In this document: in pieces, positions 56,806-63,306 of the stretch
Position numbering within the stretch: position 1 is the first letter of the stretch
Layout: the number at the start of each line of letters is the position of its first letter
NCBI GenBank assembly: GCA_046731295.1
Contig: JBKPKU010000015.1
Span: 1 to 63,306 of the forward strand
DNA from: Actinomycetota bacterium
Lineage (GTDB): Bacteria > Actinomycetota > UBA4738 > HRBIN12
Direction of reading: 5' to 3'
Length of the DNA stretch: 63,306 nt
Made by a program: the position numbers and the translations under genes
Notes under the pieces: model-generated
Seen by the model: only the letters and a program-made list of their open reading frames with translations
Database searches by the model: none
What the model was told of the DNA's origin: nothing

Positions 56806-57099
56806 CTAGCGGTCCTTCTGCATCGTGGCCCACAGCCCGTGGGCGTGCAGGCGCGCGACGTCGAACTCGCACTTCTCGCGCGGCCCCTCCGAGACGACCG
56901 CCTTGCCCTTGTGATGGACGTCGAGCATCAGCGTGGTGGCCTTCTCGCGTGGGTAGCCGAACAGTTTCTGAAACACGTACACGACGTAGGACATCAGGTT
57001 GATGGGGTCGTTCCACACGATCACGATCCACGGAAGATCGGGGACGACCTCCTCGTCGCCGGTGGGACGCTCGGTCTCCACGGGGGCGGTCTGGGCCAT
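56806..57099 (-). CDS. clpS: ATP-dependent Clp protease adaptor ClpS
   Basis: [29 protein letters not shown]. Confidence 0.96.
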   Translation of the reverse strand: MAQTAPVETERPTGDEEVVPDLPWIVIVWNDPINLMSYVVYVFQKLFGYPREKATTLMLDVHHKGKAVVSEGPREKCEFDVARLHAHGLWATMQKDR

Positions 57100-57232
57100 G
57101 ACACCAGGGTAGCGCCGCGCGCGGGGCGGGGTCTCCAGGGGCCGAGGCCCGGCGGGGTGTTGCGCCCGGGCCGTACGCCCCGTCGAAACGGCTCAAGCGC
57201 CACGGTGTTGCCGAGACGTGCATCATGCGAGC

Positions 57233-58051
57233 GTGGCCGAGACATACCGCTCGCCGCTCGCGCCCGACGCGAACGCGGGGCTCGTCGCGCTCATCACCGG
57301 CGGCGGGACCGGCCTGGGCCGGGCCGTCGCGCGCGAGTACGGACGCACCGGGGCGAGCGTGGCGATCGCCGGCCGCCGCCCCCACCCGCTCGAGGCGGTG
57401 GCCGCCGAGCTCACCGAGGCCGGCGTCGACGTCTTCGCCGTCCCCGAGACCGACGTGCGCGAACACGAGCAGGTGGCATCGCTCGTCGACGTGGTGCTGA
57501 ACCGGTTCGGCCGCGTCGACGTACTGGTGAACAACGCGGGCGGACAGTTCGCCGCGACGCCCGAGAACATCTCGCCGAAAGGCTGGCGCGCGGTGCACCG
57601 GCTCAACGTCGACGCCGTCTGGGACCTCACCCGCACCGTGGCCGAGCGCTCGATGATCCCGAACGCCGGCGGGCTCGTCGTGTTCATCGGTTTCAGCCCG
57701 CGCCGGGGGATGCCGCTGATGGTGCACTCCTCGGCGGCGCGGGCTGCGCTCGAGAACCTGGCGGGCGGGCTCGCGATCGAATGGAGCCGCTACCGGATCC
57801 GCGCCGTGTGCGTCTCGACCGGCGCGATCGACACCGAGGCGCTCCGCGCCTACGGCGACGCGTTCGTGGACGAGGCCGTCCGTACGACGCCGCTCGGCCG
57901 CCTCGCGACGCCCGAGGAGGTGGCGAGCACGATCGCCTACCTGTCGACGTCTGGCGGCGCCTACATCACGGGGACCACCATAGTGGTCGACGGCGGCAAC
58001 GACGCCTGGGGCCTCGGCTTCCCGCCGCCCCGGCCGCCCGATCAGCCGTAG
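57233..58051 (+). CDS. SDR oxidoreductase (2,4-dienoyl-CoA reductase-like)
   Basis: TGGGTGLG, NNAGGQF, HSSAAR, VVDGG. Confidence 0.92.
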   Translation: MAETYRSPLAPDANAGLVALITGGGTGLGRAVAREYGRTGASVAIAGRRPHPLEAVAAELTEAGVDVFAVPETDVREHEQVASLVDVVLNRFGRVDVLVNNAGGQFAATPENISPKGWRAVHRLNVDAVWDLTRTVAERSMIPNAGGLVVFIGFSPRRGMPLMVHSSAARAALENLAGGLAIEWSRYRIRAVCVSTGAIDTEALRAYGDAFVDEAVRTTPLGRLATPEEVASTIAYLSTSGGAYITGTTIVVDGGNDAWGLGFPPPRPPDQP

Positions 58052-59106
58052 ACGATCACCGAGCGGGTCTCCTCCCCCGCCTCGAACCGCCCCAGCGCGT
58101 CGTGGATCCCCTCGAGCGCGATCGTGCGTGCGATCAGCGGCTCGAGCCGCAGCTCGCCGAACCTCAGCAGGTGCGCCAGCAGCGGGAAGTCCCGCGGCGG
58201 CACGACGCTCCCGTACCAGGAGCCGGCGATCGTGATCTCATGCGTGGTCGTCCGGAGCGCGTCCAGGGGGGCCCGCGCCTCTGGCCGTGCCATGCCGACC
58301 AGGACGACCGTCCCGCCCGGCGCGACCGAGCGCATCGCCTGCTCGATCGTCTCGACCCGTCCCAGGCACTCGAAGGCGTGGTCGAATCCCGACGGCTTCT
58401 CGTCTCGCCCCGAGAGCACCGTGTCGGTCGCGCCGAGCTCCTTGGCCAGCTGAAGCTTGGACTCGATCACGTCCACGGCCACGATCGGCGCTGCGCCGGC
58501 TATCCGCGCGCCCTGGATCGCCGAGAGTCCCACCCCGCCGCACCCGATAACGAGGACGGAGTCGCCCGGCCGAACGGCGGCCGTGTTCAGCACGGCCCCC
58601 ACGCCGGTCATCACCGCGCAGCCGAGCAGCGCCACCTGCTCGAGCGGGAGCGCCGGGTCGACCGGGAAGATCGTGTTCGCCGGGACGACCGAGCGCTCGG
58701 CGAACGAGGACGGCACGTTGTGGTGGATGCGGGTACCGCCGGTCGAGAACCGCGCGGTCCCGTCGGCCAGGAACCCCGCGTCGAACAGGTCCAGGCGTTC
58801 GCACACGGCGGGGCGCCCGGACGTGCATCGGCGGCAGGAGCCGCAGTACGGGAGCCACGAGCAGACGACGTGGTCGCCCGGCCGCAGGTCGGCCACGCCC
58901 TCGCCGACCTCCTCGACCACGGCCGACCCCTCGTGGCCGAGCACGATCGGCATCGCGTGGAGGTGGACGCCGTGCACCGCGTGGTAGTCGGAGCGACACA
59001 CGCCCGAGGCGGCCATGCGGATCGCGACCTCCCCGGCCTTGGGCGGATCGACCTCGAGCTCCTCGATCCGCAGGTCGTCGACGTCCCAGAGCACGGCCGC
59101 CCGCAT
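58042..59106 (-). CDS. Zn-dependent alcohol dehydrogenase (class III-like)
   Basis: GVCRSD, GHEG, CGSCRRC..C, GCGGVG. Confidence 0.93.
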   Translation of the reverse strand: MRAAVLWDVDDLRIEELEVDPPKAGEVAIRMAASGVCRSDYHAVHGVHLHAMPIVLGHEGSAVVEEVGEGVADLRPGDHVVCSWLPYCGSCRRCTSGRPAVCERLDLFDAGFLADGTARFSTGGTRIHHNVPSSFAERSVVPANTIFPVDPALPLEQVALLGCAVMTGVGAVLNTAAVRPGDSVLVIGCGGVGLSAIQGARIAGAAPIVAVDVIESKLQLAKELGATDTVLSGRDEKPSGFDHAFECLGRVETIEQAMRSVAPGGTVVLVGMARPEARAPLDALRTTTHEITIAGSWYGSVVPPRDFPLLAHLLRFGELRLEPLIARTIALEGIHDALGRFEAGEETRSVIVYG

Positions 59107-59258
59107 GCGCGAAGTATCGCGCACCGGACGCGACCGCCCGGATCAGGCGGCCGTTTCTGTCAGCATCCACTTACGTAAGCGTCAACTGATCAAACAGGCG
59201 TCGCCCGCCCCCCCGATGGGTATGCATCTTGCGACCCATCGACACGGAGGAGGACGTC

Positions 59259-59825
59259 ATGGACGCATGGGTTTGGATCGTGATCGCCGTCGTCGCGATC
59301 ATCCTCATCGCGGTCGCCGCGTATGCGATCGCGATGCAGCGACGACGCAAGCAGTTGCAGCAGACGTTCGGTCCCGAATACGACCGTACCGTCGCGGAGC
59401 GCGGGGACGTCAGGGGGGCCGAATCGGATCTGATGGCCCGCCGGGACCGACGCAGCAAGCTGGACATCCGGCCGCTACGGCCCGAGTCGCGCGACGCCTA
59501 CCGTAGGAACTGGGAGCAACTGCAGGCGCGGTTCGTCGACGACCCGGCCGGGGTGGTCGGCCAGGCCGACGGCCTGATCATCGCCGTGATGGGCGAGCGC
59601 GGATACCCGATGGACGACTTCGACCAGCGCTCGGACGACATCTCGGTCGACCATCCGGACGTCGTCGAGCACTATCGCGAGGCCCACGCCATCTCGGGGA
59701 GGGTCACGCGCGACCAGGACGTGTCCACCGAGGACCTGCGACAGGGGCTCGTGCACTACCGGTACCTGTTCCAGGAGCTGCTCGAGACCGAGCCTTCGGA
59801 TCAGGATCGACAGGCCACCGGTTAG
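59259..59825 (+). CDS. Conserved N-terminally anchored membrane protein
   Basis: TM, FGPEYDR, FVDDP, TEDLRQ..HYR; GCGT-N16-GGGTAT upstream. Confidence 0.85.
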   Translation: MDAWVWIVIAVVAIILIAVAAYAIAMQRRRKQLQQTFGPEYDRTVAERGDVRGAESDLMARRDRRSKLDIRPLRPESRDAYRRNWEQLQARFVDDPAGVVGQADGLIIAVMGERGYPMDDFDQRSDDISVDHPDVVEHYREAHAISGRVTRDQDVSTEDLRQGLVHYRYLFQELLETEPSDQDRQATG

Positions 59826-59867
59826 TTCGTCCGACGAGCCCTCCTCCCCATCCGGCATGCTTGCGGG

Positions 59868-60899
59868 ATGGGGAGGAGGTTCGTCCTGCACCTGGACCTC
59901 GACGAGTTCATCGCCGCCGTCGAGCGTCTCCGACATCCAGAGCTCGAGGGCAAGCCGATCGTCGTCGGCGGCGAGGGCGACCCGTCCAAGCGCGGCGTGG
60001 TTTCGACGGCGAGCTACGAGGCGCGCGCGTTCGGGATCCGCAGCGCGATGCCGCTCCGCACGGCGTACAAGCGGAACCCCGACGCAGTCTTCCTGCCCGT
60101 CGACGAGCGCGCCTACCTGGAGGCGAGCCGCGGCGTGATGGACACGCTGCGGACGTTCGGCGCGCCCGTCGAGGTCGCCGGGTGGGACGAGGCGTTCATG
60201 GCCGTGGAGGGCGACGACCCCGAACGGCTCGCGCGCGAGATCCAGGCTCGCGTCCTGGAGCGGACGCGGTTGTGGTCGACGATCGGGATCGGCGACAACC
60301 GCCTGCAGGCCAAGCTCGCGAGCGGGTTCGGCAAGCCGCGCGGCGTGTTCGTCCTGACGGGCGAGAACTGGGCCGAGGCGATGGACGGCCAGCCCACCGC
60401 CGAGCTGTGGGGCGTCGGCGCCAAGACGGCGGCCAAGCTCGAGGCGCTCGGGATCCGCACGGTGGCCGACCTCGCCCACGCCGACCCCGAGGTCCTCGCC
60501 GGCCGGTTCGGGCCGAGTACCGGGCCGTGGCTCGTGCGGCTGGCCCGCGGCGAGGGTTCGGCCGAGGTCCATCCCGAGGGGTGGGTCGCACGGGGCCGCG
60601 GCCGGGAGCACACGTTCCAGCAGAACCTGACCGACCCGGACGAGATCGCCTCGGAGGTCGGGCGGCTCGCGCGCGAGATCGCCCGCGACCTCGCGCGCGA
60701 TCGACGCCGCGCCGTCCGCGTCGTCGTGAAGGTGCGGTTCGCCCCCTTCTTCACCAACACCCACGGCGTCCCGATCCCCGAGCCCACGGCCGACCCCGTC
60801 GCGCTCGCCGATGCGGCCGCCCGCGCCCTGGCGAGGTTCGAGCTGCACCGGCCGGTACGCCTCCTGGGCGTCCGCGCCGAGCTCGATGACCCGCCCTAG
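59868..60899 (+). CDS. dinB: DNA polymerase IV (Y family, DinB2-like)
   Basis: HLDLDEFIAAVE, ASYEAR, WDEAF, AKLAS, VRLLGV. Confidence 0.93.
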   Translation: MGRRFVLHLDLDEFIAAVERLRHPELEGKPIVVGGEGDPSKRGVVSTASYEARAFGIRSAMPLRTAYKRNPDAVFLPVDERAYLEASRGVMDTLRTFGAPVEVAGWDEAFMAVEGDDPERLAREIQARVLERTRLWSTIGIGDNRLQAKLASGFGKPRGVFVLTGENWAEAMDGQPTAELWGVGAKTAAKLEALGIRTVADLAHADPEVLAGRFGPSTGPWLVRLARGEGSAEVHPEGWVARGRGREHTFQQNLTDPDEIASEVGRLAREIARDLARDRRRAVRVVVKVRFAPFFTNTHGVPIPEPTADPVALADAAARALARFELHRPVRLLGVRAELDDPP

Positions 60900-60940
60900 C
60901 CTCGGGCGACGTCGCCGGGCACCGTGGTACACATCGCCGG

Positions 60941-61735
60941 GTGAGCCTGCAGTACCACCTCAAGCTCTTGCCCGGCGACGTCGCCCCGTACGTGCTGCTG
61001 CCCGGCGACCCGGGCCGGGTCCCGCTCGTCGCGAGCCTGTGGGACGAGTCGCACGAGGTCGCGAGCAACCGCGAGTACGTGACGTTCACCGGCACGTACA
61101 AGGGCGTACCGATCTCGTGCACCTCGACGGGGATCGGCTGCCCGTCCACAGCAATCGCGATGGAGGAGCTCGCGCGCGTCGGCGCGACGACGTTCGTGCG
61201 GATCGGGACGTGCGGCACGTTCCAGGACCGCGTCCGGACCGGCGACATCGCGATCTTCGACTCGGCAGCGCGCTATGAGGGGACCTCGGCGCTGTACGCG
61301 CCGGTCGAGTTCCCCGCGGTGGCCGACCACGACGTCGTCGAGGCCGCGATCGCCGCCGGGCGCGAGCTCGGCTTCCCCTTCCACGTCGGCACGACGCGGA
61401 CCTCCGACGCGTTCTACGCGAGGCATCCGCGGCCGGGGTCCTCGTTCAACGGCTACTGGCAGTCCTCCTGGCGCGAGCACTTCGAGGACCTGAGGCGGAT
61501 GAACGTGGTGGCGGCCGAGATGGAGGCCAGCGTGATCCTGGTCCTGGCACGGATCTGGGGCCTGCGCGCCGGCGGCATCGCGGTCGTGCTCGACAACGTG
61601 CTGGAGGTCTCGGGCGAGTCCGGGCGCTTCGATCCGCAGGAGCAATTCGAGCACGGCGGCGACGAGATCGAGCGGCTGGCGCGGATGGGCTCGGAGGTCG
61701 TGCGCATCCTGGCCGAGCGGGACGCGGCGGCGTGA
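60941..61735 (+). CDS. Nucleoside phosphorylase (uridine phosphorylase-like), copy 1
   Basis: LPGDPGR, NREY, STGIG.PS, RIGTCG, EME. Confidence 0.9.
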   Translation: MSLQYHLKLLPGDVAPYVLLPGDPGRVPLVASLWDESHEVASNREYVTFTGTYKGVPISCTSTGIGCPSTAIAMEELARVGATTFVRIGTCGTFQDRVRTGDIAIFDSAARYEGTSALYAPVEFPAVADHDVVEAAIAAGRELGFPFHVGTTRTSDAFYARHPRPGSSFNGYWQSSWREHFEDLRRMNVVAAEMEASVILVLARIWGLRAGGIAVVLDNVLEVSGESGRFDPQEQFEHGGDEIERLARMGSEVVRILAERDAAA

Positions 61736-62532
61736 GCCTGCAGTACCACGTCCGGCTCGCCCCCGGCGACGTCGCACCCGCGGTCCTGCTGCCGGGCGAT
61801 CCCGGGCGGGTCGAGGTCGTCGCGTCGCTGTGGGACGAGGCCCGGCACGTCGCGAGCAACCGCGAGTACGTGACGTTCACCGGCACGTACCGCGACGTTC
61901 CGATCTCGTGCACCTCGACCGGCATCGGGTCGCCCTCGACGGCGATCGCGCTGGAGGAGCTCGCCCGGGCGGGCGCGACCACGTTCGTGCGGATCGGGAC
62001 CTGCGGCTCGCTGCAGGAGCGGGTGCGCGTGGGCGACGTCGCGATCCTGGACTCGGCGATCCGCGCCGACGGGACCTCGACCCTGTACGCGCCGCTCGAG
62101 TTCCCGGCCGTCGCCCATCACGAGGTTGTGGACGCCGCGATCGAGGCCGCGTCCGGGCTCGGCGTGCCCCACCACGTCGGGACGACCTTCTCGACCGACC
62201 TGTTCTACGTGCCCGAGGCCGGGTCGGCGTTCGGCGGCTACGAGCAATCGGCCTGGCGCGAGCGCTACGCGGACGTGGCCAGGACGAACGCGTTCGCGGC
62301 CGAGATGGAGGCCGGCGTACTCATGGTCCTGTCCAGGATCTGGGGGCTGCGAGGTGGAGCGATCGCCCTGGTGACGGACGTGGCCGAGGAGAGGGACGAG
62401 TCCGGCGCGTTCGACCCGCAGGCCACGTTCGACGTGAGCGACGAACCGATCGAGTGGCTGGCGCGCGTCGGCTGCGAGACGATCCGTGTCCTGGCCGAGC
62501 ATGACCGACGCGCCGCCGAAGCTTCGTACTAG
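61732..62532 (+). CDS. Nucleoside phosphorylase (uridine phosphorylase-like), copy 2
   Basis: Same motifs; GTGA overlap with copy 1. Confidence 0.9.
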   Translation: MSLQYHVRLAPGDVAPAVLLPGDPGRVEVVASLWDEARHVASNREYVTFTGTYRDVPISCTSTGIGSPSTAIALEELARAGATTFVRIGTCGSLQERVRVGDVAILDSAIRADGTSTLYAPLEFPAVAHHEVVDAAIEAASGLGVPHHVGTTFSTDLFYVPEAGSAFGGYEQSAWRERYADVARTNAFAAEMEAGVLMVLSRIWGLRGGAIALVTDVAEERDESGAFDPQATFDVSDEPIEWLARVGCETIRVLAEHDRRAAEASY

Positions 62533-62541
62533 GCTGCAGCG

Positions 62542-62955
62542 GTGGCCCGTGCACCCGAGCAGCGGAATCTCACCCTCATCCTTGCCAGGAGCTTCGCCTC
62601 CCAGCTTGCCACCGCCGTGTTCCTCCTCGATGCAGAGGGCACGATCATCTACTACAACGAGGCCGCGGAGCGCCTGACCGGCCGGCCCTTCATCGAGGGT
62701 GCGGGGAACACGGCCGAGGCATGGATGGGGCGAGGCCACCCGCTCGACGAAGAAGGCCGGGAGATCCCGTTCGAGTCGCTGCCGCTCGGAGTGACGATCC
62801 TCAAGCGCGAGCCAGCGCACGGCGTGACCATGTTCCGCACGGCCGAGGGCGACTATCACCGGATCGAGAACGTCACCTTCCCGCTGTTCGCGCACACGGA
62901 GGACTTCGTCGGCGTGATGGCGATCGCGTGGCTGCTGGAAGACGATCGCCGGTGA
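62542..62955 (+). CDS. Standalone PAS domain protein
   Basis: VFLLDAEGTIIYYNEAAERLTG, FPL..VGVMAI. Confidence 0.85.
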   Translation: MARAPEQRNLTLILARSFASQLATAVFLLDAEGTIIYYNEAAERLTGRPFIEGAGNTAEAWMGRGHPLDEEGREIPFESLPLGVTILKREPAHGVTMFRTAEGDYHRIENVTFPLFAHTEDFVGVMAIAWLLEDDRR

Positions 62956-63306
62956 AGGGACGGATCTGGGGGAGCCGCGGCTCCATCGCCTCACCCGGCA
63001 GGGACACGAGGCGGTACGGCGGCAACACCTCCTGCATCGAGCTCCGCCCACCGGGCAGCGATGTCGTGATCCTGGACGCGGGGACCGGCATCCGCGAGCT
63101 CGGCGTGCGGCTCATCGAGGAGGGCACGGAGCGGATGTTCCTCCTGTTGACCCATCTGCACGTCGACCACCTCGAGGGGCTCGGGATGTTCGAGCCCATC
63201 TGGCGGCCTCAGACCGAGCTCCACATCTGGGGTCCCGCCTCGCCGCTCGCCTCCCTCGAGGAGCGCATCGCCACGTACTTCTCGCCCCCGCTGTTCCCGG
63301 TGCACC
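62952..63306 (+). CDS. MBL-fold metallo-hydrolase (ElaC/phosphodiesterase-like), truncated by window end
   Basis: WGSRGSI..RYGGNTSC, LDAGTG, THLHVDH; GTGA overlap with the PAS gene. Confidence 0.9.
   Translation, partial: MKGRIWGSRGSIASPGRDTRRYGGNTSCIELRPPGSDVVILDAGTGIRELGVRLIEEGTERMFLLLTHLHVDHLEGLGMFEPIWRPQTELHIWGPASPLASLEERIATYFSPPLFPVH

Overview
High-GC bacterial DNA, most likely Actinomycetota (F420-dependent PPOX proteins, clpS-DUF2017 pair, LppM-like lipoprotein, SigB/SigF partner-switching cluster). No rRNA, tRNA, CRISPR array or mobile element was recognised. 0-19 kb is accessory-like: an ECF sigma/anti-sigma pair, tandem RibD-C paralogs, AraC regulators, a GH38 hydrolase, two paralogous pseudo-receiver/repeat-tail proteins and gene remnants. 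19-40 kb holds transporters, a probable (acetyl)polyamine-utilisation locus, VOC/PPOX proteins, a PolX-like PHP protein and a GAF cyclase. 40-55 kb is a general-stress island (csbD, hemerythrin, CBS, BON, topoisomerase IB, DUF72, sigma/anti-sigma/STAS, many small proteins) with repeated GTTT-N15/16-GGGTA-like promoters. 55-63 kb holds clpS, dehydrogenases, a DinB lacking the aromatic steric gate, tandem nucleoside phosphorylases, and PAS and MBL genes. The top candidate for an undescribed system is a standalone ~255-nt minus-strand unit at ~34.50-34.76 kb. It has its own promoter and terminator, a 16-nt 5' segment complementary to the 16S rRNA 3' end, a 13-codon ORF and an extensively paired body. 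All family calls come from motifs read by eye; no searches were run, and several start codons are my re-picks.
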